In this document: positions 46,425 through 56,236 of the stretch, in pieces
Numbering within the stretch: position 1 is the first letter of the stretch
Layout: every line of letters begins with the position of its first letter
Assembly (NCBI GenBank): GCA_044229265.1
Contig: JBGATK010000001.1
Location: 35,776 to 99,775, forward strand
From: Minisyncoccia bacterium
GTDB taxonomy: Bacteria > Patescibacteriota > Minisyncoccia > Phycocordibacterales > UBA9973
Length of the DNA: 64,000 nt
Reading direction: 5' to 3'
The notes under the pieces: generated by a model
Told to the model about the DNA's origin: nothing
Seen by the model: the letters and a program-made list of their open reading frames with translations, nothing else
Databases searched by the model: none
Translations under genes and position numbers: made by a program

Positions 46425-46999
46425 TGATGACGATACTGGTTTTTGAAATAAAAATTCCAGATGCTCTCGGAGAAATTTCAAATTTTGAACTTTGGAAACA
46501 CTTGGTAAACCTTATTCCTTCTATGCTTTCTTATATACTTTCTTTTGCTTTACTATTTACTTACTGGCGAGCACACCACTTCTTTATATCTGTATATGCA
46601 AAAAATATCGACACTGCCCTTATGAATATAAATGGTTTCTTTTTCATGATCATTGCTCTCATCCCCTTTTCAGCCAGCGTTCTTGGTCAGCACAGTAATA
46701 ATGAACTTTCTATAATTCTTTTTGGTAGCAATATCGTAATCATTGGTCTTACTCTTTATTTTATGCGTAGATATGTACTATACTCACCTCATATTAAAAA
46801 TCCTGAAATAACTCATCGTGAACTTTTTGGATCCACTGTTCGAACCATGGTGCCAGTGATATTCGCGCTCATAGCTATATCACTTTCTTTTTGGAATACG
46901 ACTTTATCACTCGCTCTTTTTACACTAGCGGTAATATTTAATTTACTACCACAAAGCACAACACTAGCCGAAAAATTCTTCCATCATGAAGAAGAATAA
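46373..46999 (+). CDS. DUF1211/TMEM175-like potassium channel family membrane protein
   Basis: 208 aa; RLDELADGIFAIVMTILVFEI is the DUF1211 signature (RxxxFSDGVFAIAxTLLVLE); 6 predicted transmembrane segments; TATAAT sits 8 nt before the ATG. Confidence 0.75.
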   Translation: MLKSTRLDELADGIFAIVMTILVFEIKIPDALGEISNFELWKHLVNLIPSMLSYILSFALLFTYWRAHHFFISVYAKNIDTALMNINGFFFMIIALIPFSASVLGQHSNNELSIILFGSNIVIIGLTLYFMRRYVLYSPHIKNPEITHRELFGSTVRTMVPVIFALIAISLSFWNTTLSLALFTLAVIFNLLPQSTTLAEKFFHHEEE

Positions 47000-47025
47000 C
47001 AAATAACTAAGGCTTTTTTTATTAA

Positions 47026-48633
47026 TTATTTTCTAACTCCGTGCTTGCTATGCAATTTTTCTACCTCAGCTTCTTCAAGCTCTTCTTTTTTTTCTTTAGC
47101 TTTTTCGCCTAGGGCTCGCAGGTCTGCATCAGAAAGTTGCTCTAGTTCCCCTACTCTATTTTTTAAATATTCTATTTCATTCTTTTCTGGATTTTCCAAT
47201 ACTTCTTCTAGTAATGCATTTAATATCCATCCCATTCTCGGCCCCGGCTTCATTTGCATATCTTTCATAAGAAAATTTCCATCAATTTTTAATTGAGATA
47301 CCGATATAGGGTCCCGCAGGCATTCCTCTATCATCGCATGATATTTGCGCAAGCGGTAAGGTGCCTCTTTTTTGGCCATACCTACCCTGTCGCATTCTCG
47401 CACTTTCATTAAAGTCCAAATCGGATGTTCGTAAGAATCATCCGATTTGTCCTGCGTAGCTTTATGCGAAGCAGGACCCTTGTCCTCCGAAGCTTTAGCG
47501 AAGGAGGATACTTTCACAATTATTCGGCGCACTGCAGAAAGAGTGATCTGCTCTGTATCAGAGAAAAACATATGATTCCTCACCAAACTCTCCACCATAT
47601 TTATTTCATCACGAGAAAATTTCATCCGCTCCATTATCTTCTTTGCCATCCGCGCACCCACTACTTCATGACCATAAAATGTATAAGCTTTCTTTTCCCC
47701 CCTCCTGCGAGTTCTCGGCTTGCCTATATCGTGCATAAGGGCAGACATACGAATAACAAACGACCAATTTTTATCTGCCGCGTGGCCGAGTGCCTGAACT
47801 AAGTGTTCAAACACATCATACCTATGTGCACCTCCCTGCTCACAATTTATTCCTTCTTCGAGTTCTGGGATAATATATTTTAATAAACCAAATTTTTGCA
47901 ACATTCCAATTCCAGACATTGGATTATTCGACATAATTATTTTTACAAATTCATCTCTAATTCTTTCTTGCGAAATATTTTTTATCAAATCTGCATTTTT
48001 TACGATACTTGTCATCGTCTCGCCTGATATAGCAAAATCAAGTTCGCAAGCAAAACGAACTGCGCGAAGCATTCGAAGTGCATCCTCATTGAATCTCTCA
48101 TCCGCATTACCTACTGTTCTTATTACTTTGTCCTTTATGTCCTTTATACCCCCAAACATGTCTGTTATGCTTATTTTTTCTTTTGCACTATTAGACATAG
48201 CGAGTGAATTCACTGTAAAATCACGTCTTTTAAGATCATCTTCTATGTTTTGACTAAACCTTACCTCGTCTGGGTGCCTATTATCACTATATTTACCTTC
48301 TAGTCGATACGGAGTAACCTCTATAGTTTCATAAGAAACATCTTCTTCTTGTCCAGATCCGACTTGGACAGATGTTTCAAGTGAAACTTTAGGTATAAAT
48401 ACTGCCACAGTACCAAATTTATTTTCATAAACAGTTTTTTCAAATAAAGATATAATCTGATCTGGTGTAGCATTAGTTGTCAGATCCCAATCCTTTGGTT
48501 TTCTATCTAAAATCAAATCTCTAACACAACCACCAACTAAAAAGGCTGAAAAACCTCCCTGAGAGAGCTTTTCTATCACGATCAATACTTCTTTCGGAAT
48601 GTTTCTTGTGAAATTGTTTGAGTTATTTTCCAT
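47026..48633 (-). CDS. cca: CCA-adding enzyme / poly(A) polymerase-family tRNA nucleotidyltransferase with an HD domain
   Basis: 535 aa; head domain GGCVRDLILDRKPKDWDLTT; HD region HDIGKP; contains a low-complexity insert at residues ~371-393 encoded by the palindromic elements. Confidence 0.85.
   Translation of the reverse strand: MENNSNNFTRNIPKEVLIVIEKLSQGGFSAFLVGGCVRDLILDRKPKDWDLTTNATPDQIISLFEKTVYENKFGTVAVFIPKVSLETSVQVGSGQEEDVSYETIEVTPYRLEGKYSDNRHPDEVRFSQNIEDDLKRRDFTVNSLAMSNSAKEKISITDMFGGIKDIKDKVIRTVGNADERFNEDALRMLRAVRFACELDFAISGETMTSIVKNADLIKNISQERIRDEFVKIIMSNNPMSGIGMLQKFGLLKYIIPELEEGINCEQGGAHRYDVFEHLVQALGHAADKNWSFVIRMSALMHDIGKPRTRRRGEKKAYTFYGHEVVGARMAKKIMERMKFSRDEINMVESLVRNHMFFSDTEQITLSAVRRIIVKVSSFAKASEDKGPASHKATQDKSDDSYEHPIWTLMKVRECDRVGMAKKEAPYRLRKYHAMIEECLRDPISVSQLKIDGNFLMKDMQMKPGPRMGWILNALLEEVLENPEKNEIEYLKNRVGELEQLSDADLRALGEKAKEKKEELEEAEVEKLHSKHGVRK
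47450..47508 (+). repeat. Tandem pair of palindromic elements inside the cca CDS: tcctgc-gtagctttatgcgaa-gcagga, spacer cccttg, tcctcc-gaagctttagcgaa-ggagga
   Basis: Read directly; on the coding (minus) strand it translates in-frame as VKVSSFAKASEDKGPASHKATQD. Confidence 0.7.
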
Positions 48634-48644
48634 TGGGAAAAATG

Positions 48645-48715
48645 TGCGGCGTAGGAGAATCGAACTCCTGTCTCATCCTTGGCAAGGACGTGTTCTACCA
48701 CTAAACCAACACCGC
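48645..48715 (-). tRNA. tRNA-Gly (anticodon GCC)
   Basis: Cloverleaf folded by hand: acceptor GCGGTGT/ACGCCGC, anticodon loop TTGCCAA, T-loop TTCGATT; no encoded CCA. Confidence 0.8.
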
Positions 48716-48863
48716 ATTTTGTTAATATTTATAAAATAACCTATATATTATATACCTTTTTAGTATAAATGCAAAACTTTAAAAAAAGCTTATAAAATAA
48801 AGCTATTTGTATATATTAAAAATATATTATATAATTTGTTAGTTATTATTTTATTATATTTTC

Positions 48864-48935
48864 GCACCCGTAGTGAAATGGATATCACTACAGTCTTCGG
48901 AACTGTCGTTCCAGGTTCGAATCCTGGCGGGTGCA
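48864..48935 (+). tRNA. tRNA-Arg (anticodon TCG)
   Basis: Acceptor GCACCCG/CGGGTGC, anticodon loop CTTCGGA, T-arm CCAGG-TTCGAAT-CCTGG; no encoded CCA. Confidence 0.75.
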
Positions 48936-49229
48936 CATTAAAGTCCTTGAAACAAATTAAATTTCTGTCCCATAGTTATACCCATATAAAATAAGGATTT
49001 TGTTCAAAACTGTGGATAACTATGTGGGTATTGTTTATAAATGTCCTTTATCAAAATGTCTTTTAAATAGACAATTTCCTAAAATATCCTTTAAAATCAA
49101 GACAAAATGATAAAAGACTATAAATTTTCACACTTTTCATTAATTCTTTCACGTGAAACATATTAAATAGTTTCATCTGAAACATTATAAAGATATGCTG
49201 TTTAATTAAAGAATAAGGCTTACTATTTT

Positions 49230-49655
49230 ATGCCAAAAGTATTTACTTCTAAAACTCAACAAACAGGTGAACTAGGAGAAAACATTGCTTGTAAGTTTCT
49301 CATGAAACAAGGTTTCGCTATTGTTGAAAGAAATTATACTAAAAAGTGGGGAGAAATAGATATTATTGCTAAAAAAGAAGAAAAACTCTATTTTATTGAG
49401 GTAAAAAGTGTTTCCAGAGAGGTCTTACCTGTAAAGGACACTAAAAATAGTGTATCGGACATAAATGGAGAATACAAAGCAGAAGATAATATGCATCCTT
49501 GGAAATTAAAACGTCTATCAAGGACAATACAAACATATTTACTGTCTAAAAATGTTTCAGATGAAACAGATTGGCAATTAGATCTTTTAATTGTTTATTT
49601 GGATTTAAATAACAAAAAAGCACGTATAAAAATAATCAACGATATAATTTTATAG
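49230..49655 (+). CDS. YraN-family (UPF0102) predicted endonuclease
   Basis: 141 aa; GELGENIACKFLMKQGFAIVERNYTKKWGEIDIIAKKEEKLYFIEVKS fits the UPF0102 PD-(D/E)xK core. Confidence 0.75.
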   Translation: MPKVFTSKTQQTGELGENIACKFLMKQGFAIVERNYTKKWGEIDIIAKKEEKLYFIEVKSVSREVLPVKDTKNSVSDINGEYKAEDNMHPWKLKRLSRTIQTYLLSKNVSDETDWQLDLLIVYLDLNNKKARIKIINDIIL

Positions 49656-49666
49656 ATAATTATCTG

Positions 49667-49737
49667 TGCGGGATAGGGGAATCGAACTCCTAACCTCAGT
49701 TTGGAAAACTGATGTTTTACCATTAAACTAATCCCGC
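49667..49737 (-). tRNA. tRNA-Gly (anticodon TCC)
   Basis: Acceptor GCGGGAT/ATCCCGC, anticodon stem TCAGT/ACTGA with loop TTTCCAA; the T-stem has one mismatch in my hand fold. Confidence 0.65.
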
Positions 49738-49770
49738 CTTCGCTAAAGCTTCGTCGGGCAGGCCCGCAAA
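49738..49770 (-). repeat. Degenerate palindromic-element copy between two tRNA genes (core ttcgctaaagcttcg, then cgggcaggcccg)
   Basis: The core is the exact reverse complement of GAAGCTTTAGCGAA. Confidence 0.45.
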
Positions 49771-49781
49771 AAACTCTAGTG

Positions 49782-49852
49782 TCGGGCCGCCGCGAATCGA
49801 ACGCGGTCTAAACGGTCCCAAACCGCTTGTACTACCGGTATACTACGGCCCG
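49782..49852 (-). tRNA. tRNA-Pro (anticodon TGG)
   Basis: Acceptor CGGGCCG/CGGCCCG, anticodon loop TTTGGGA, T-arm CCGCG-TTCGATT-CGCGG. Confidence 0.75.
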
Positions 49853-49944
49853 ATGTATATTTTCAATACTGAACAAAGAATATTCTAGCATAGAAATATT
49901 AATTTTGCCAAATAAAAAAGCCCTAAAGGGAAAAGGGCTTTAAA

Positions 49945-50730
49945 TCAAACTAATTGAGTATTAATTTTAATTTCAAATTTAATAATTCCTAACCAGCGTA
50001 GGAATCTAAGAATTTGAAAGAATGGATCAATTTCACCTTTCTTTACAGCAAAATTTGCACGTTCTGGATGTTTATGATGATTATTTTGAAACCACTCACC
50101 GCCAAGTGCAAAATCAGCATGGAGAACATTTTGTGAATCATCCTCTAATTCAAAATTTCTATAACTAAGCAAGCTTTTTTTGTGTCCATACCAATTTACT
50201 AGAGAGCCTTGTATAGCACCAGAAAAAATATTTAGTAAAATCAGGGGCCAAAGCCACACAGTAGGGCAGAACATGTAGTATAAATAAATGTACAAAAATA
50301 TAAAACCATACATGGAAATACTACTATTTGCAATATTTTCAAAATCTGGCCAACTAGGAAATTTTTTGTCTTTCCAAAGCTTTATTAAGCTGCTTTTACC
50401 TTTATTTATTTCTTCTAAAATTTTTAAAGCTCTGTGCATCATACGCACAACGTCAAAGAAAAAACTTTTCCAAAATCTAGGCGAATGTGGATCGCCTTTT
50501 TCATCAGAATGTAAATGATGTGTTAAATGCATTATTGCATAAGATTTCGGGCACATATAAGCTGAGCCCATGGTAAGATAAGTCTTAATCCAAAATAACT
50601 TTTCCCAAAATAAATTTGTAAAAGATATGGATTTGTGAGTAGCGTATCGATGAATAAAAACACTATGATAAAAAAGCGTTATTCCATACCAAAATACACC
50701 AAAAATCAAGAAAAATAAAAAAGGAGTCAT
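49945..50730 (-). CDS. Membrane fatty-acid desaturase, acyl-CoA delta-9 (stearoyl-CoA desaturase)-like
   Basis: 261 aa; histidine boxes HRYATHKS, HLTHHLHSDEKGDPHSP, NWYGHKK and QNNHHKHPERA match the HxxxxH/HxxHH/QxxHH arrangement of delta-9 desaturases. Confidence 0.75.
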   Translation of the reverse strand: MTPFLFFLIFGVFWYGITLFYHSVFIHRYATHKSISFTNLFWEKLFWIKTYLTMGSAYMCPKSYAIMHLTHHLHSDEKGDPHSPRFWKSFFFDVVRMMHRALKILEEINKGKSSLIKLWKDKKFPSWPDFENIANSSISMYGFIFLYIYLYYMFCPTVWLWPLILLNIFSGAIQGSLVNWYGHKKSLLSYRNFELEDDSQNVLHADFALGGEWFQNNHHKHPERANFAVKKGEIDPFFQILRFLRWLGIIKFEIKINTQLV

Positions 50731-50840
50731 AATATTTTAATTTAAATTTTCAAGAACTAAAACCATCTCTGAAATTATAACACAATGCTAAATCTAAAAA
50801 ATTATTTGCAATAAATATAAAAATATGGAAAACTATCGAT

Positions 50841-51044
50841 ATGGAACACGAAACTTTTTGGGACCTCTTTAATAGTGCTGCGCATTGGCAGTTTGAGATC
50901 TTTTTAATCATTATTTTTGATGGTATTATTGGTTTACTAATTTGGCCAAAAATTAAAAAATGGTTTACTCATCATGAAGAAGACGATGCAAAAATAGCTT
51001 CACTAGAAAAAAGGCTAGATATGTTAGAAAGAAAAGACAAATAA
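50841..51044 (+). CDS. Small membrane protein
   Basis: 67 aa; one transmembrane segment, then a charged coiled tail. Confidence 0.35.
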   Translation: MEHETFWDLFNSAAHWQFEIFLIIIFDGIIGLLIWPKIKKWFTHHEEDDAKIASLEKRLDMLERKDK

Positions 51045-51048
51045 TCTG

Positions 51049-51097
51049 GGCAAAATAAAAATCCTCTTACATTGTAGAGGATTTTTATTTTGCCCAG
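51049..51097. terminator. 21-bp perfect inverted repeat with a 5-nt loop between convergent genes (gggcaaaataaaaatcctcta cattg tagaggatttttattttgccc)
   Basis: Read directly; overlaps the last codons of the M23 peptidase gene. Confidence 0.6.
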
Positions 51098-52236
51098 CTA
51101 TTATCAAAACCCGGATTCTTTGCACCTCGAACTTCAAAGTGTAAATGCGGACCAGTCGAGCGACCAGTATTACCTACATAACCAATTACTTGACCTTGAA
51201 TAACTTCATCTCCAACACCTACAGCCAATTTGGATTGATGAGCGTAGAAAGTTTGAGTGCCATTTGGATGAGCAATAATTATAAGATTTCCATAAGCACC
51301 ATTCCATCCATATTTTGCAAAGATTACCTTACCCGAAGCTGCTGCATAAATAGGTGTGCCGATTTTACCGCAAGCTAAGTCCACAGCGTATGTATCATGC
51401 TTACCTTGAGTTTGGATACCACATTTAAGCGGTCTAATATAATAACCACCGGAAAACTTATTATTATCACTGGATTGATTTGTATTTGAAGGTTTCTTCG
51501 GAGCTATAGTTTCTACATGAATTTCAGCACCGGGGACGATTATTTCATCACCAATAGCGAGTTTAGCGTCTTCGTCCAAGTTATTAAATGCAAATATATC
51601 ATCTGGATCAACTTTGTAAAGTTTAGCAATACTTTTAATGGTTTGCCCTTTAACGACAATGTGTTTTACTCCAGAAATTGGCAAAATAATCAGGGCATCA
51701 CCTTCTTTTAATTTTTCACCAGCCTTAAGGCCATTTGCCCAAAGTATCGTATTATTTGTTACTCCGAATAGTTTAGCTATAGTGGGCACAGTATCACCCT
51801 TACGAACTACATATATACTTATATCTTCAGAAGTATAATCACCATCTTTGCCAGTAAGGGCTCCGAGAGGGCTAACTGTCGGTAAAAGGGCATTTTCTGA
51901 TAAAATGTTAATTTCTTTAGATTCATCAATCTTAGAGTCTTTGGAGTTTTTATCTTCTACAATAGAAGAGCTAGACACATTGGCTTGCAAAAGGTTCAGG
52001 TTTTGAGAATTTTGGTCTGAAACAGGCTCGGTTTCTTCAATTTCTTTTTCATCACTGCCAATGCCAAACAAATCAGCGAAGAATCCGGCTTGGGCTCGCG
52101 GTGGAAAAGCAAAAATCCCTATTGCGAGGAATAGAGTAAATATCTGAATAAATAAGGATATTTTAGAGATTTTTTTTATAAAACAATTTTGTATCGCAAG
52201 AAATCTATCTGGCTTCAGGCATAAATATGCGAACAA
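51085..52236 (-). CDS. LysM-domain M23-family peptidoglycan endopeptidase
   Basis: 383 aa; N-terminal transmembrane segment; two LysM-like segments (DTVPTIAKLFGV...; QTIKSIAKLYKV...); M23 core ...HDTYAVDLA...GNLIIIAHPNGTQTFYAHQSKL...GNTGRSTGPHLHFEV. Confidence 0.85.
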   Translation of the reverse strand: MFAYLCLKPDRFLAIQNCFIKKISKISLFIQIFTLFLAIGIFAFPPRAQAGFFADLFGIGSDEKEIEETEPVSDQNSQNLNLLQANVSSSSIVEDKNSKDSKIDESKEINILSENALLPTVSPLGALTGKDGDYTSEDISIYVVRKGDTVPTIAKLFGVTNNTILWANGLKAGEKLKEGDALIILPISGVKHIVVKGQTIKSIAKLYKVDPDDIFAFNNLDEDAKLAIGDEIIVPGAEIHVETIAPKKPSNTNQSSDNNKFSGGYYIRPLKCGIQTQGKHDTYAVDLACGKIGTPIYAAASGKVIFAKYGWNGAYGNLIIIAHPNGTQTFYAHQSKLAVGVGDEVIQGQVIGYVGNTGRSTGPHLHFEVRGAKNPGFDNSWAK

Positions 52237-52423
52237 GCTTATACAGAACGACCATATGAATATGTGCTGTAAAAAATAAAGTTCTTACGAAATTACTGTC
52301 CTTCTAGCGTATCAGCCATGTAAACCCTGCTATCTATCTGTGTAAATTCATACTATCATAAAAACCATCCTAGCTCAATACTATGCAATAATTGCTGTGG
52401 ATAAGCAAAATGGGGTATAATTA

Positions 52424-54115
52424 ATGTATCTTATGAATCTAGATAAACACAACCCATCAAGAACCACTAAAATAAAAAAAATTGAGGAGGCTGAGGGCTT
52501 TGGACATATTGATAGTTTCGCAGATCTTAAAAACTCTTTAAATTTAGAAAAAAATGAACAAGGAGAAAAACCTACCGAAAACACAACAAAAGAAATTCTA
52601 GAGCGAGAAAAGGATGAGGCTCAAATTATCGAATGGCTAAAAAATGAAAAGATCGCGCAGATAGTAATTCATGGAGGCAAAAGAGAAAAAGGGGAAAATG
52701 GGGAAGATATTTGGGATTTAACTCCTGATTTAGATGCGCAAAGTGCTTCTATCTTTTTAAGTGAATACAATAAAAAGAAAGGTAAAGATCTTTACACAGA
52801 AAATGCTGTTTCTTCTATAGTACCAAAAGGCGGAAATGAGAAAGATTTAGATATAAATAAAGAAAAAGATGGTCTGCAAATTTGGCTAGATACTGGAAAT
52901 CGCTGGATGGAAGTAGAAAAGGACGGTGAAAAAAAGAAAATTTATTTTGATCATCATGGTGAAGGCAAAAAAAAATGGACTTCATCCACAGAAATGGTTT
53001 ACAACATGATGAAAAACGCAAATATACTAAAGGAAGAAAAGTGGATGAAAAATTATGTTCACAATTTAACCAGTTTTGATAACCTGGCTTATGCTTTCAG
53101 CAAAAAAGAACCTTGGACTACGGAAAAATTTCAACACGAATGGCCAAAAACACTAAACCATTTGGCTCGCGAAATGGAACCACTCGATGTTATAGAAATT
53201 TTCAAAAGAGGTATTGTTAGAAACTTTAACACTGAATTTACAGAAAAAGATTTAAATGGAGATATAAGCAAAATAGTATTAAAAAATGGAAGAACTCTAA
53301 AAGAACAAATTGAAAAAGAATCCAGTTTGGATCCAACAGTAAGTGAAGTTGCAAAAACTGAAGAAGCTATCCAAAATTCTGCTGTATATGCCATAAATGA
53401 AAAATTAGATATTACAGACACAAGAGTAGGTAATTTAATCTACAACAATATCCCAACAATAAATGGAAAAAGGAATATAATTCCTCATCATTTAGCATTC
53501 CTAGGAGCTAGAGCAAATAATTTTGATACTTATCTAATACTAAATCATCCTAAAGGTAAAGATAGAAATAGAACATTTTTTATAAATTCTAATTATCCAG
53601 GATTTGAAAAAGTATTAAAAAGATTAAAGAGACATAAAAGAATTAAACTTACCGACGTGCGTGGGGTAATGATTCACGGTGAGACAAACTTAACAGAAAG
53701 AGATTTTTTAGGAGAAATTGATCCAAAAATAATTGAAAATGCAAATTTTGCTAAAAATGGTGAACTCCGAAAAAATATCGAAAATGAAATATTAAAAAAA
53801 GAAAAAGCTAGAAATGAAAAAATTAATGAATCGGCGGAGAAAACAGAACCTGTGGTAGAAAAAGTAAAAGAAACAAAACCTGAAGCATTAGAAACTGCAC
53901 CTGTAGTAGAAGTAGAAAACAAAACAATAACTGAAGCAAAAGAAGAAAGTAAAATAGAAACAAAAACAGATATAGAAAAAGTACGCGAAGAAAAATTAAA
54001 AAAAATAGAGGAAATAAAAATTCGCGAAACAGAATTACAAACAAAAATTAAAGAGGTAGAAGCTAATCTGCAAAAAATTCTAGAAAAAATTGAGAAAATG
54101 GAGAAAAAAAATTAA
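52424..54115 (+). CDS. Hypothetical protein with a DHH-phosphoesterase-like N-terminal region and a K/E-rich coiled-coil tail
   Basis: 563 aa; candidate DHH motifs DLTPDLDAQSAS, IWLDTGNR and YFDHHGE spaced as DHH motifs I-III; C-terminus strongly K/E-rich. Weak call. Confidence 0.35.
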   Translation: MYLMNLDKHNPSRTTKIKKIEEAEGFGHIDSFADLKNSLNLEKNEQGEKPTENTTKEILEREKDEAQIIEWLKNEKIAQIVIHGGKREKGENGEDIWDLTPDLDAQSASIFLSEYNKKKGKDLYTENAVSSIVPKGGNEKDLDINKEKDGLQIWLDTGNRWMEVEKDGEKKKIYFDHHGEGKKKWTSSTEMVYNMMKNANILKEEKWMKNYVHNLTSFDNLAYAFSKKEPWTTEKFQHEWPKTLNHLAREMEPLDVIEIFKRGIVRNFNTEFTEKDLNGDISKIVLKNGRTLKEQIEKESSLDPTVSEVAKTEEAIQNSAVYAINEKLDITDTRVGNLIYNNIPTINGKRNIIPHHLAFLGARANNFDTYLILNHPKGKDRNRTFFINSNYPGFEKVLKRLKRHKRIKLTDVRGVMIHGETNLTERDFLGEIDPKIIENANFAKNGELRKNIENEILKKEKARNEKINESAEKTEPVVEKVKETKPEALETAPVVEVENKTITEAKEESKIETKTDIEKVREEKLKKIEEIKIRETELQTKIKEVEANLQKILEKIEKMEKKN

Positions 54116-56196
54116 TGTCAGAGAAAATAAAAAAAGAAAATATAGAGGCAAATAAAGAATGGACCACAGAAGACGAGGAGACTCTGAATAATTTGCTCAT
54201 GCTTATAGAAAAAACAAAAGCTCGTATCGAAGAAATCGATAAGAAGTTAGAAACTTTAGAGACACAAGAAGAACAATCTATACCAGAAATTATAGAACAA
54301 GAAATAACTCAAGTTGAGGAAAAAATAGAAATAGTAAATGAAAAGATAATTGAAGAAAAAATAAATGAAAGCTTAGATGAAGAAAAAGATCCTGTAATAA
54401 AAACGAAAACAAAAAATAAAATCTTCAAAATCCCAAAATTTCTGAGAAGTAAACTTATGAAGTATATCGTCATTCCACTTGGTCTCGCTACTAGCGTAGC
54501 TAGTGTTTACCATACCCCTCAAGAATATTATGAGATGTTTAAAAATTACAAAGAAAGACATATAGATAAAAATGAAACTGATGACCCAAATATAGTGGGT
54601 ATTGATGAATTTTATGCTGATAAAGTAGACACAGAAAAAAGCACTATGGACTTTTTGGGTGAACAAAAAATTGATTACAAATTTGGATACTATCGATCTT
54701 CGGTATTTGATTTATCTGACAGAACTCCTCCTAAATTTAAAATAATAAATGGTAGAGAAAATTATTCAAAAATTGATTCTGCTGCAGGAATTACCACAAA
54801 TTTCTTTAAACCTTTTCAAAAATTTGGTGAATTTACTCCTGTATTGAAAGGTCACCAAGAAAAGAATACTGATGAAGCAAAAGGTGACATACCTGTAATT
54901 GGATATAATAAAAATAGCCAAACAATAAAGGCTGGACATTATAAAGAATTTAACGACGACTGGCTTGTATCAGAAACTTACGAAATACCTTTAAATTTTA
55001 AATTAAATGCTGACAGTACTATCAACTTAGCTTATCACGATCAAGCCATGAGGATGGTTCCCTTAACTACAAATGAACAAGGAAAACAAATACCTTTTCC
55101 GATAGGAATAACTTATGACAAGAAAATTAAAAATATCAAACCTGAAGATTGTACACGTTTTGGCACGCTAGAAGGAGGTAAGGTATTGATGTCATGCGGT
55201 GAAAAACAAGTGCAGGTTAATGGTAATTTTTCTGACATGTATCGTGTATATCAAAGATTACAAAAAGAAAATCCTGCAACCCCAATTCAAGCATATTTAC
55301 TAGACAATGGGTCCTATAATTTACCAATATGGGACAATGATAATATCATCACTAAAGAAGAAATAAATAGCCATTTACTTAGAAATAGAGATGGCGGTAC
55401 CGCCTTAGTCCTTATTAACGATGGCAAAATCTCTCCTTTCGAATATAAAAATAAATATAAAGAACAAGAACATTACACTATAAACTTCACGAAGGATTCT
55501 GTCACGGGTAAACCGGTAATAAATGAAAAGTCTGTTATTGTGTTACATCACACAGGGTATTACCCGAACTCAAGTACAATTATTAAACAATTTGAAAGTG
55601 ATACCACTATGGGAAATGCTCATGTTCTTATCTTGAAAGATGGCACTAGACATATATTCAATAATGATGATTATGTATTAGCTCATGCTGGTAAAAGCAA
55701 ATTTAATGGGAGAGATAAGGTAAATTTCTTTTCTATTGGAATTGAAATGGAAGGCGATTCTAGAGATAAAAATGCTTTTACAATAGCTCAAATAGAAAGC
55801 ATGCTTGAATATATTCGCCCGAGAGTAGAAAAATACAACATAAAATTTGATAATATTACTGACCACAAGCGAATTCGTGACAATTGGCTAAAAGCAAATC
55901 CGTCGGGTGTGGACGAAAAGGGTAATAAGGTTTTTGAAAAAGAGGATATGGATGATAAAGTTTGGCTACAATTACAAAAACTCATAAAGGAAAAGGTCTA
56001 TACAAAAACAGAAAATAAAGACTTAGGTATGAATGAACAGAAATTACTTGGAATGCTGGCTTTCCAAGATGAATACAGAAGAACTGCAGACTCCAAGCTA
56101 TCGCTATTAAAATCTAGTAAAATATTGAAAGATTGTGGCGTATCACAAAAATATATAAAGCAAGTTTTAAAAAATATAGAAAGTAAATTAGTTTAA
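54115..56196 (+). CDS. Membrane-anchored protein with an N-acetylmuramoyl-L-alanine amidase (amidase_2/PGRP-like) domain
   Basis: 693 aa; N-terminal coiled coil, transmembrane segment (YIVIPLGLATSVASVY); IVLHHTGYYPNS...GNAHVLILKDGTRH...LAHAGKSKFNGRDKVNFFSIGIEMEGD matches amidase_2; its start overlaps the previous stop (TAATG). Confidence 0.65.
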   Translation: MSEKIKKENIEANKEWTTEDEETLNNLLMLIEKTKARIEEIDKKLETLETQEEQSIPEIIEQEITQVEEKIEIVNEKIIEEKINESLDEEKDPVIKTKTKNKIFKIPKFLRSKLMKYIVIPLGLATSVASVYHTPQEYYEMFKNYKERHIDKNETDDPNIVGIDEFYADKVDTEKSTMDFLGEQKIDYKFGYYRSSVFDLSDRTPPKFKIINGRENYSKIDSAAGITTNFFKPFQKFGEFTPVLKGHQEKNTDEAKGDIPVIGYNKNSQTIKAGHYKEFNDDWLVSETYEIPLNFKLNADSTINLAYHDQAMRMVPLTTNEQGKQIPFPIGITYDKKIKNIKPEDCTRFGTLEGGKVLMSCGEKQVQVNGNFSDMYRVYQRLQKENPATPIQAYLLDNGSYNLPIWDNDNIITKEEINSHLLRNRDGGTALVLINDGKISPFEYKNKYKEQEHYTINFTKDSVTGKPVINEKSVIVLHHTGYYPNSSTIIKQFESDTTMGNAHVLILKDGTRHIFNNDDYVLAHAGKSKFNGRDKVNFFSIGIEMEGDSRDKNAFTIAQIESMLEYIRPRVEKYNIKFDNITDHKRIRDNWLKANPSGVDEKGNKVFEKEDMDDKVWLQLQKLIKEKVYTKTENKDLGMNEQKLLGMLAFQDEYRRTADSKLSLLKSSKILKDCGVSQKYIKQVLKNIESKLV

Positions 56197-56236
56197 TTGA
56201 TTTAGAAGCTACAAAAAGCTATTATTAATAAACAAT

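Noticed and set aside
48645-50730. tRNA-associated genomic island carrying yraN and the desaturase
   Set aside because: No integrase, no direct repeat of a tRNA 3' end and no abrupt composition change were seen. Kept only as a low-interest finding.
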